Positions 1 to 9,449 are shown, counted from the first letter of the stretch. The stretch: DNA of 20,000 bases from Parvularia atlantis (GCA_943704415.1 CALSCO010001386.1:52034-72033); one strand, 5' to 3'. Notes: generated by a model not told the origin, from the sequence alone. Program-made: numbers and translations.

Positions 1-2
1 AG

Positions 3-2526
3 ACGGGCCGCAAGAGCGAAGCAAGCGGCACATCCACGTCGGACGCCTCAAACGACGAGCGCGAGGAGGCGGGGGACGAGGGCGACCTGATGTACGACGA
101 CGACGAGGACGCGGACGAGGACGAGCTGCTGTTTGAGGATGGCAGCGACAACGAGATCGAGCCCGAGGACGACCCAACGGTCGAGCAGCGCGACTGGAAC
201 GAGTACCCGATCTTCAACACGATGGACAACGACAGCGACAACGACTTCATGTCGAGCTTCACCGTCATGGGGACGCCGGCCATCTCGGGCGGCGTGACGA
301 TGACGATCGGTCTGAAGGCGCGCGCTGCACCTTGCCCGCATGGGCCGCCCGCGGGGGCCTGACGCTGTGCGACGCGACGCGGTGCGCGCAGACCAAGGCC
401 GCCGAGGTCTTTCGCGAGATGTCCAAGTACGGCGTCGTGCGCAACATCGAGGTGCGCCGCCACCTGTGCGCCTGCGCCGTCTGCTCACGCGCGGGGTGCC
501 CTCGCGCCCTTGCGCAGATCCGCAGCGGCAACGTTGACAAGAAGAAGCCGCTGTACCCGGACTTCCGCTTTGCGCAGGTCACGTTCGAGCACGACGGCTC
601 GACGCAGGAGGTCATCAGTGAGGTCAACGGTGCACCGCGCGGGGGGTGTGCGCGTCTCGGTGGTGGGCAGCTGACGGAGCGGCCGGCCGCGCGCAGGCAA
701 GCCGCTGTTTGGCCTGGAGAAGGTCATGGTCAAGGAGCTGCCGTACCACAGTAGCCCGAAGATGTGGCACGAGGTGCTGATGCGCGACGTGCACGAGGCC
801 GTGGACGACTTCCACGAGAGCATCATCGACAACAACTACATCATTCCGCCGAAGCCCGGGGTGCGTGGTCGGCTGCAGCGCACGCCCGTCGCTGAGCCGC
901 CCGCTCGGCGCAGATCTGGTACCGCACGGACGTGCGCGTGGCGAAGACATTCAGCGCTGAGCAGCAAGTCGACCTGTACCGCTTTTGTCAGCGCTACCCG
1001 CACTACCCACTCGAACTGTGCGTGCGGCCCGTGTGTGGCGGGCGCCGTTTGCGCTCACCGCGCGCGCGCCAGGCTCGCGTACGTGTACGAGTGCAACGTG
1101 CGCTACATCATCGGCGCGGTCCGTCTCGGCGGGCTGCAGGTGCAGCGCGAGATTAAGGTGCGAAGCGGCCGTGCGCGTGCGTGCGCGCTCACACGGTGGC
1201 CGCGGCGTCAGGGCACAATCGCGCCCAAGGATTACGTCGAGCTGATGGAGACTGTCGGCATGATGCACTTCTACACGCCCAACGTGAAGCGCGCCGAGGA
1301 GGTTGGCCTGGTGCGCCGCCATTGGGCCCACCCTGCGCGCTCGCGGGCCGCTGACTGCCGCGGCGCGCAGACGCGCATCAACACGGTCGATGAGGCGCGC
1401 AAGCCGTTCTTTTACGACGGCCACGCCAGCTCTGACGACGACATCGACCACTTGCTGTTTAGCTTGGAGGAGATGGACTCGGAGGAGGAGATCGAGGCCG
1501 AGCTCAACGCGTTGGGTGCGCGCGCTCTTTTCCCCGACGGGCAAGCGCGCTGATTGCAGCCGTCCGCGCCAGCCCGCGCGAGCATGGCGAAGCACGCCGA
1601 GGGCGTCCGGAGCGGCGACTACGAGGCAGTGGGCCGCAGCATCGAGTACGATATCAAGCCCTTCCAGACCGACGACGAGGCGGCCGCAGCGGCCGACGCG
1701 CGCACGACCGAGACGGCGACGGCGGACAAGCCGGTAGACAAGCCGGTAGACAAGCCGACGGCGGGCAAGGCCGCATCGGGCAAGGCCGGGAGACGCGCCG
1801 CAAAGCAGCAACAACAACAGCAGCAGCAGCAGCAGCAGCAGCAGGCGCTGGAGGCGAATGACGAGGACCTGGAGCAGGACCTGGACGCCGAGCAGGACCC
1901 GTTCATCGCCGCCGCACTCGACGACGACCAGATCGAGACGGTCGAGGGTGGCGACTACGAGCAGCCCGGCGTGATCGGCCTGACGGAGGACCAGGAGCAC
2001 CTGGACCCGCTGCTCGAGGTGCGGCTCATGCTGCGGCGGCTGGCAGCGTCTCACCGGGTCGCGCAGAACGGGTGGCAGAGACCGAGGCGCGCAAACTACG
2101 CCGACTGGGGCCGCGGCATGGACACGATGCTGAAGCACATGCAGCAGGTGCGTGTTGCGCCGCTCGTGTGCTGTGCAGCTGACGCGGCGCTTGTGCGCGC
2201 GCCAGACCGAGGCGCTGCGCGCGCCGGGCCCGGTCGTGTCGGTCGAGAAGGAGCTGGCCGTGCGGTGCGGAGCGCCGCGGTCGCGTCCCTTGCGCGCGCT
2301 GACCGGCGATGCTGCCCGCAGACGCGACTTTGTCTTCACGCACTTCAACAAGAAGACGGGCGACAAGCAGGTGCGCGTGGCCGAGGCGCGGCGTGGTGGT
2401 TGACACGGGCGTTATCAGATCTACGTGCGGCAGAAGGACGGCACGCTGCGCAAGATGACCGACTTCCAGGTCAAGGTTCAGATGGCGCCGCGGCGCGCAC
2501 GGCCCTGGCGCCGGATGTTGCAGTGA
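3..2526 (+). CDS. 5'-truncated multi-exon gene (about 12 introns): acidic N-terminus, RRM domain, then a region resembling mitoribosomal protein mS45 (Bot1/yeast Mrps35), with a polyQ/acidic linker
   Basis: The frame is open from base 3. The spliced product has an RRM-like stretch (EVFREMSKYGVVRNIE|IRSG...FAQVTFEH...VNGKPLFGLEKVMVKEL), then SAEQQVDLYRFC...LAYVYECNVRYIIGAVRL...KGTIAPKDYVELME and C-terminal RDFVFTHF...IYVRQKDGTLRKMT, which I recall as mS45-like motifs. Stop TGA 2524-2526. The gene is well supported; the mS45 call is from memory only. Confidence 0.55.
1805..1843 (+). repeat. (CAG/CAA)13 polyglutamine tract within coding exon
   Basis: cagcaacaacaacagcagcag... translates to 13 Q. 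A nearby 12-bp tandem gacaagccggta at about 1725-1757 gives DKPVDKPVDKP. Confidence 0.9.
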
Positions 2527-2908
2527 GCGACACGCCGTGCACATATGCGCACGTGTGCTTGTGTCGAGGTTCGGGTCGGACAGACGGCACCCATAAGCAC
2601 ACGTGCCGGACTGCCTCGGGCGCTCCAGACACGGCGCGCCCAATCGGGTCGGGCGATCAAAAGAAAGTCTCTCTCGTTTCTGCCACACCGCTCGCTCTGC
2701 TCCCCCGTGGCGATGCACCGGCGCTCAATGGGAGAGCAGACCAAGCACCAGGCGCATCAAGGAACTGGCACGGCCGCCGCGCTCGCGCGGTGAGAGACTG
2801 GCCGTGAAAGGTCGACGATGCTCGCCACAGTCCTTTCACGCACAAAACAAGAGAAAAACGACACAACGGCACATGCACGGCGCGCACGCCACCCAGACCC
2901 GCAGTGGA

Positions 2909-4448
2909 TCAGCGAACGCGGCCTGCACACGACGCGTTTGAGCCGCAGCGACAGCACGCGAAGCACGCGCAGCACGCGCAGCACGCGACGGGCGCACCGG
3001 GGCGCATCGGCTTCTTGAACGTCTTCTTCTCGTCCGCCGGCTTCGGGTGCAGCTCCTCGTAGATGAACGACTCGGTCAGCTCGGCCGGGTCGCTCACCTC
3101 CGACTGCGAGGCGCGCGCGGTCAGCACGGACGCGGGCGGGCGAGGGCACGAGGCCACGCACGTTCTTGTCGATCGTCAGGTTGAGCTCGTCCGTGCCGAT
3201 CTGGATCACGGCCGCCTTGCATGACGAGTAGAGCATGCGCTCCTTGACCTTGGACTTCATCGGGCAGCTGTAGATGAAGACTGTTGCATGGCGCGCCGAA
3301 GCGGGTCAGCCTCTCCACCGCGCGCGCGCGCGCCCGCAGCCGCGTGGCGCACCGATTGAGTCGATCGTGTTGTCCTCGAACGCGTGGCGGTAGCGGAAGA
3401 AGTGGTACCGTGGCTCGTCCAGCGGCGTCAGGCCCGTGATCTCGCCCGCGTCGATGTTGCTGGCGCTGACCAGGTCGATGACCTCGCCCGTCGCGTTGAT
3501 TTTCTGCGCGCGGTGCACGCGAGGTGGGGGCGTGAGGGCGGCGTGCAAGCGGGCGGGCAATGCGCGTTCGCCGCGCACCAGCTGCACGTAGTTGACCGCG
3601 CCGCTGACAAAGTCGTTCATCTTCTCCTTGGCCGCGTCGGTCATGGGGAAGAACACGCCGTGCACGTGCGCCTTCTTTGTCGTCACGCCGACCTCCGAGC
3701 CCGACTGGGTGGTGCGCAGGGCGGCCGGCACGTGAGCGCTGCGTGAGGGGGCGTCGAGCGCGAACCTCCTCCTTGCGCATGCGCGCGATCTCCTCCTCGC
3801 GGGCCGTCAGCGGCGCGCTGGCCGTCACCGACGAGCGGTGCTTCTCGTAGCCGTCCCACGAGAAGTCGCGCTGGGCGGGGCGGCGGGGCGTGTTTGAGCG
3901 CGGTGTAGAAAGCGGGGCGCGACGCACCTTGTCCGTGCCGTACAGGTCGTCGACAAAGTGGTTGTCGCCGAGCGACTTCTTGAGCGTCGAGCGCGTCGAG
4001 GCGTAGAGCATCTTGTCGCGGACCTGGTGCGGCGCAGCGCGGCGCGACGTGGCGGGTCAGGCGGGGCGTGTGCGCTGGTGTTTTGCGTCGCGGGCGGGCG
4101 CCGTGCCTTGGCCAGGTCCGGCACGTAGCACAGGAACGCCCAGTCGTAGCCGAGGCCGGTCTTCTTGTCGAGGCGGTAGGCGATGTAGCACGGCGCCTTG
4201 TCCTCGAGCAGCGTCTGGATCCCGCCAAAGTCCTCCTCGAACGAGCCGCCGACGGGCAGCGTCGCCGCGTGCACGAGCGTCTCTGCGCCGCGCGTGAGCG
4301 CCGCGCCCACCACGCCGCGCCCACGCCGCGCCCACGCCGCACCGTTCTCGATCACGATCTTGACCGCGCGCGTGCCGTCCGACGACACGGCCTGCGCAAA
4401 CAGGTCCGCGAGCTCGGCCGAGACGTTGATGCCCGACGCGTGCGACAT
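2909..4448 (-). CDS. TWF1: Twinfilin (two ADF-H domains plus C-terminal tail), 8 introns
   Basis: MSHASGI start at 4448; YVPDLAK|VRDKMLYASTRSTLKKSLG; PRYHFFRY; VFIYSCP...VKERMLYSSCK; tail EELHPK...FKKPMRPGRVR*. Stop at 2909-2911. Confidence 0.95.
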
Positions 4449-4473
4449 GCCTGCCTGCGATCCACCGAAACCG

Positions 4474-5622
4474 ATGGCGGCGACGACGTCGGCCGACGCA
4501 CTGCCCGCGCCGCTCGCGTTCTGCACGGCCCAGACCGTGCTCGACCACGTCCTCCTCGTCACCATCAACCGCCCGGCCAAGCTCAACGCGCTCAGCGCCG
4601 AGGCCAGCGCTGAGCTGTCGCGCGTCTGGGACCACTTCGAGGCCAACCCGGAGCTGTGGGTCGCGATCGTGACCGGCGCCGGCGAACGCGCGTTCTGCGC
4701 CGGCTTCGGTGCGGCGCAGCGATGGGGGCCGGCCGGGCCGCGTCGACTGACATCGCGCCGCCCCCGCGCGCAGATCTCTCGACCGACCCGAACAAGGTGA
4801 GCAAGATGGACACGGGCGGCGCGACCGTGCGCACGGGCTTTGGCGGGCTCGCGCAGCGCGAGACGTGCTTCAAGCCCATCATTGCCGCGGTCAACGTGCG
4901 CGCGCCCCCGAGCGTCCAGTCGCGCTGCTGCTGAGACGTGCACGCGCGTGCGTACGTGCGCAGGGCGTGGCGCACGGCGGCGGCTTCGAGCTCGCGCTGG
5001 CCTGCGACGTGATCCTCGCGTCCGAGCGCGCCTCGTTCGCCCTGCCCGAGCCCAAGCGCGGCCTCGCGGCGCTCGCGGGCGGGCTCGTGCGGCTGCCACG
5101 CGTGATTGGTGTGGCTGCCCTGCTGCTGCTGCTGCTTGCGTGCGTGCGTGCGTGCTTGACGCGGCGTGCGCCAGGCGTGCACCGCGCGATGGGCATGATC
5201 CTCACGGGCAAGACGGCGACGGCCGTGGAGGGCCTGCAGCTGGGCTGGGTCAACGAGGTCGTGCCGCACGATGTCAGCTGCCGCGCTTGCGTGCACCGTC
5301 GTCTTGCTCATCACCCGCGCAGAAACTGCTCCCGCGCGCGCTCGAGTACGCGCGCATGATCATCGACTGCTCGCCCGACTCGATCGCGGCCAGCAAGGCA
5401 CGCGCGCTGTCGCCGAAGCGGATGGCGGCCAGGGCTGACACGCGCGTGCGCACACCGCAGCGCACGGTCGCCCTCTCGCTCGAGACGCCCAGTGTGTACC
5501 GCGCGATGGACGCGCAGAACAAGCTGCCCGAGGTGCGCGGCATGCTCAAGGGCGACAACATGCGCGAGGGCCTGGCCGCGTTCATGCAGAAGCGCGCGCC
5601 GCGCTGGAAGAGCCGTCTGTAG
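4474..5622 (+). CDS. Enoyl-CoA hydratase/crotonase family protein (CaiD-like) with C-terminal PTS1 (SRL), 5 introns
   Basis: LVTINRPAKLNAL, GERAFCAGFDL, KPIIAAVNGVAHGGGFELALACD, FALPEPKRGL, EGLAAFMQKRAPRWKSRL*. Confidence 0.92.
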
Positions 5623-5648
5623 CGTGCTCGTGAGGGACACAATGACGA

Positions 5649-6963
5649 TCACAGCTCGTCGTGCGTCGTGCGCAGGCGCGGGCACTCGGCCCAGAGCAGG
5701 TATGTGAGCCGCGAGTCAACGATGTCAGGCCCGGGCTGGCGTCGCGCAGCGCAGCGTGAGCAAGCACAGCCGCGCACAGCGGCGCGCGCACCTCGGCAAA
5801 CGTGTCGCCCTCGCGCTCGTTCTCCGGGTTGAAGCGCACGACGCGGCCACGCCCGGCGTTGCCCACGTAGCCCTTTGGCGCGCGCAGGTCAGCACGGTGC
5901 GCGGGGCGTGCGTGTGCGGGAGCGCTCACCCAGCCGTCCGGGCCGAAGACCACGTCGCTCGCGCGCTCCATGTGGCGCAGCACGACCGAGTCCTCGTACG
6001 CCCCAAACTGCGCGCGTGTGCGTCAGCCGTGAGCGTGCGGCACAGGCGGCGCGCACAGCGTTGAAGATGAACACGTCGTTACGCGTCTTGCTCGCTGCGT
6101 ACAGCTTGCCGTTCGGGCCGAACGAGAGGCCGGTCCAGCCGGCCTCGCGCCACTCGCCGTCGCTGTGCAGCGGCAGCTTTGCAAACTCCTTGACGTCGTC
6201 GGGCGTGCCGTCGACGGGCACGCGGAAGATCTGGCGCGCGAGGTCAGGCGTGCGCGGGCGCGCTTGCGACAAACGACCTTGTCGTGCTCGTACAGGTTGC
6301 ACGTCGGCTTGCCGTTGACGAGCTCGGACGTGCAGTGGCTCGCGAAGAACACCTCGCCGTTGCGCACCGCCACGCCAAAGACCGCCGGCAGCCCCTTGGC
6401 GAGCACCTTGACGAGCTGCTCCTGCAGCGCGCACAGAGTTAGCCCTTGCGCCGCCCGGCCGGACACGCCCGCGCACCGTGCGCAGGTCGTACTTGAGCAC
6501 GGCGGCGTCTTGCGCCATGCCGCAACCCACGTACAGGTGGTCGCCGTCGATCGCCAGGCCCTCCGGGAAGCAGCGCTGCAGCTCTGGCCCGGTCTTCATC
6601 GGGCCCAGCGCCTTGAGGTAGTCCTTGACGTCGTACTTGGCGACCGTCGGCGGCTGCTTGCGCAGGTCGCCGTACGAGGCCACGTATAGGACGCGGTCCT
6701 TGATCGCCAGGCCCGTCGGAAAGCGGTTCGGGTAGACCTGCGCCGCAGCGGCGCGGCGCTAAGTGTGCCTGTGCATGCGCTCGCGTCGCTCGGCGTACCT
6801 TGCCGTGCGGCACACTCGGCGGCACCGCGCCCGCCTTGACATTGTAGATCATGACCTCGTGCTGCTGCTGGTGCGACAGGTACAGGCACTTGCCGCCGAG
6901 CGCGTCGCCCGGCCGCGCCGCCAGCAGCGCGAGCAGCACGAACGCGAGAAGGTTCGCCGGCAT
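5649..6963 (-). CDS. Signal-peptide, ER-retained (HDEL) beta-propeller protein (NHL/SMP-30-like repeats), 6 introns
   Basis: Hydrophobic N-terminus MPANLLAFVLLALLAARPGDA. Repeated blades PTGLAIKDRVLYV, PEGLAIDGDHLYV, FGVAVRNGEVFF, TGLSFGPNGKLYAA, SDVVFGPDGWGYV. Last exon PGPDIVDSRLTYLLWAECPRLRTTHDEL*, stop 5649-5651. Confidence 0.8.
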
Positions 6964-6986
6964 ACGTCGCAGCAGTGGGATGCTGA

Positions 6987-6997
6987 CGGTCTCTTTC
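6987..6997 (+). promoter_or_regulatory. TCT-like/5'TOP-like pyrimidine initiator upstream of RPS24
   Basis: CGGTCTCTTTC ends 13 nt before the ATG at 7011; the identical 11-mer sits at the same distance in RPL3. Confidence 0.7.
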
Positions 6998-7010
6998 GTC
7001 GAAAAGCAAC

Positions 7011-7789
7011 ATGGTGAGCCGTCACCCAACCCGAACGACGCCCGCTCCCGCACCCCTCCCGCACCTCCCCGCACGCCACCCGCGCACGCACCGCACACAC
7101 GGACGGACGGATGGATGGACGGATGGACGGATGGACGGATGGATGGGCGCATGCGAGGGAATGGGGGCGCTGATGCACCGCACGCGCGCGCCACTTAGGC
7201 CGAGGCTGCAACAGCGACGCTGCGCACGCGCAAGTTCATGACCAACCCGCTGCTGCAGCGGAAGCAGATGGTGCGCGCGCGACGCAGCAGGCAGCACAGA
7301 CACCGCAGGGCTCACGCCGCACGGGCAGGTCGTGGACGTGATCCACCCCGGCCGCGCCAACGTGCCCAAGGACGAGGTGCGCGACATCCTCGGCAAGATG
7401 TACAAGGCCGACAAGGCCAACATCTTCGTCTTCGGGTTCAAGACCCAGTTTGGCGGCGGCCGCTCGAGCGGCTTCGGCTTCATCTACGACACGATCGACG
7501 CGGCCAAGAAGTACGAGCCCAAGTACCGGCTGGCACGGGTGCGCGCGCGGGCTTGCGCGGGCCGTTGGCGCCGACGCGGTCGTGCTGACGCCGGGCGCGG
7601 GGCCGGGGGCGGCAGCACGGTCTCTTCACCAAGGAGATCTCGACGCGCAAGCAGCGCAAGGAGCGCAAGAACCGCACCAAGAAGGTCCGTGGTGTCAAGA
7701 AGGCTAAGGTCACGTCGGGCAAGAAGGTGCGCGGGCGGCCGCTGGAGGCGTGTGTGCGAGGGGCCTTGACGACGGCGTGTCTGCAGTGA
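7011..7789 (+). CDS. RPS24: 40S ribosomal protein S24 (eS24); coding exons 7011-7013, 7199-7270, 7329-7538, 7616-7726, 7787-7789
   Basis: [39 protein letters not shown]...[20 protein letters not shown]...[17 protein letters not shown]...[16 protein letters not shown]...GKK|*. Confidence 0.97.
7101..7146 (+). repeat. (GGAY)n tetranucleotide repeat in RPS24 intron 1
   Basis: ggacggacggatggatggacggatggacggatggacggatggatgg, about 11.5 units. Confidence 0.95.
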
Positions 7790-7951
7790 GCGGGCGCAAG
7801 CGGCCGGGCGCGTCGCGAGCGCGTGGGAGCGAGGGGGAGACTTGGTGTGCTCGGGTGTGTGCGCCGCCCGCGCGCGCGTCTGGTGCTTGTGCTTGCCTGC
7901 CTCTCAGCGCTGCCGCGCCGCCATGCCACTTTTCCCGTTGCCGTCGGTCCG

Positions 7952-9427
7952 ATGCGCACGCGGCGCGATCTGCACGCCGGCCGCAACGACTTTGCGTGCG
8001 GCGGGCGCTGCGTGCTCGCGCACAACCGCTACACGCTCTACGGCATATACGCGATGCTGCTCGTCGCCGCGCCGCTCTCCGCGGGCTTTGTGTGCGTGCC
8101 GCGTGGGCTGCACGCGCGGCCGATGCTTACGCGCGCCCGCTCACGCGCAGCCTGCCGAATCTCGTTGCGCAGGTGCGCCGCCGCATCGCGCCGCGCCCAA
8201 CCGACGCGGAGCCCGCAGGTCTCATGGCTGCTCGCCCTCGTCTTCGTCGCCCTTGTTCTGCTCACGCTCGGCGCGCTGACGGCGACGGCCGTGCGCGACC
8301 CGGGGATTGTGCCGCGCGGCACGCATCTGCCGCCCGAGGTGCTCGAGGACGCGGCGGCGCTGCGCGCGCTCAAGGCCGACATGTGCCCGCGCCCGCGCTG
8401 CAATCGGCGCGACCGGCCGGCCGCTCACCGCCGCCGCGCAGGCCGTTCATGCGCCCGCTGTACCGCCCGATCGAGGTCAACGGCGTCACGGTCGAGCTCA
8501 AGTTCTGCTACACCTGCCGCCGCTTCCGCCTCCCGCGCAGCAGCCACTGCAGCGACTGCGACAATTGCGTCGGTGAGCGCGAGCGAGCTTGCGGGCGCCG
8601 GTCGCGTGCTGACGGCGGCGCTCGCAGACCACTTTGACCACCGTGCGCCGCAAACGCACTGCCGCGAGAGCGCGCCTGCTGACCGCCGGCGCCGCACACA
8701 GACTGCCCCTGGGTGGGCAACTGCATCGGCCGGCGCAACTATGGCACCTTTGTGGCGTTCCTGCTCTCGGCCACGGCGCTGCTGGCGTTCGCGGTCGCGT
8801 GCTGCGTGCTCAACCTGTACCTGCTCGCGAAGGGCGCCGAGGCCGACGGCGCGGCCGAGGCCGTGCGCGTCGCCTTTGCCAGCAGCCCCGTTAGGTGCGT
8901 GGCGGCCTGGCAGCAGCTCGCCTGCTGCTGATGCTGGCCCCTTCAGCGTCATCCTCACGATCTTCTGTGGCCTGATCGGGCTCAACGTGGGCGGGCTCGC
9001 CGTGTTCCACCTGTGCTGCGTCGTCACGCACACGACGACGAACGAGTTTGTGCGCGCCCCGCCCTGGCCTCCGCGCACACACGCCACTGACTGGCGGCGC
9101 GCAGGTCAAGATCAACGCCACCGAGACCGGCTTCGACGTGACAAACCCGTACTCACTCGGCTACGTCGGCAACGTCGTGCGCGCCCTGTTTGGCCCGCAG
9201 CACCCGACGTGCGCTCGCGGTGGCGCGAGTCCGGTGCACAGCAGCACGCTGACGGCGCGCGCGTGCGCAGGTACCTCGGCGCCAGCGAACCGCTCAGCGC
9301 CGCCGAGGCGGCCGAATGGGACGCCGCGCAGGCCGCGATGACGGCCGCGTACGACTCGATCGACGTGACCGTGCCGCCGGGCGCTGGTGCCCCCGTGCTC
9401 GTGTACAGGCCAGCTCAGCTTGTCTAG
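7952..9427 (+). CDS. DHHC palmitoyl acyltransferase, Erf2/ZDHHC9-14-18-like, 8 introns
   Basis: N-terminal GRNDFACGGRC, DPGIVPR, KFCYTCRRFRLPRSSHCSDCDNCV|DHFDH|HCPWVGNCIGRRNY, TTTNE motif, NPYSLG; stop TAG 9425-9427. Confidence 0.93.
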   Translation: MRTRRDLHAGRNDFACGGRCVLAHNRYTLYGIYAMLLVAAPLSAGFVCVPRGLHARPMLTRARSRAACRISLRRCAAASRRAQPTRSPQVSWLLALVFVALVLLTLGALTATAVRDPGIVPRGTHLPPEVLEDAAALRALKADMCPRPRCNRRDRPAAHRRRAGRSCARCTARSRSTASRSSSSSATPAAASASRAAATAATATIASVSASELAGAGRVLTAALADHFDHRAPQTHCRESAPADRRRRTQTAPGWATASAGATMAPLWRSCSRPRRCWRSRSRAACSTCTCSRRAPRPTARPRPCASPLPAAPLGAWRPGSSSPAADAGPFSVILTIFCGLIGLNVGGLAVFHLCCVVTHTTTNEFVRAPPWPPRTHATDWRRAGQDQRHRDRLRRDKPVLTRLRRQRRARPVWPAAPDVRSRWRESGAQQHADGARVRRYLGASEPLSAAEAAEWDAAQAAMTAAYDSIDVTVPPGAGAPVLVYRPAQLV

Positions 9428-9449
9428 ATTGCAGCCGCAGGAGAGAACA

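Noticed and set aside
2527..2908. 382-bp gap between convergent genes as a hidden gene or ncRNA
   Set aside because: I found no convincing exon chain, tRNA cloverleaf or snoRNA boxes. U-rich patches fit ordinary 3' UTRs.
4447..4473. Upstream in-frame ATG for the hydratase (MPACDPPKP) overlapping the twinfilin start in a CATG palindrome
   Set aside because: A CATG palindrome arises whenever C precedes an ATG, and the extension has no recognisable features. ATG 4474 has the ATGGCG context seen at other starts here. It cannot be excluded without TSS data.
7014..7198. Intron-encoded snoRNAs in the long RP first introns
   Set aside because: I could not find a RTGATGA/CTGA box pair or an H/ACA two-hairpin layout. 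The extra length is low-complexity sequence. An Rfam search would settle it.
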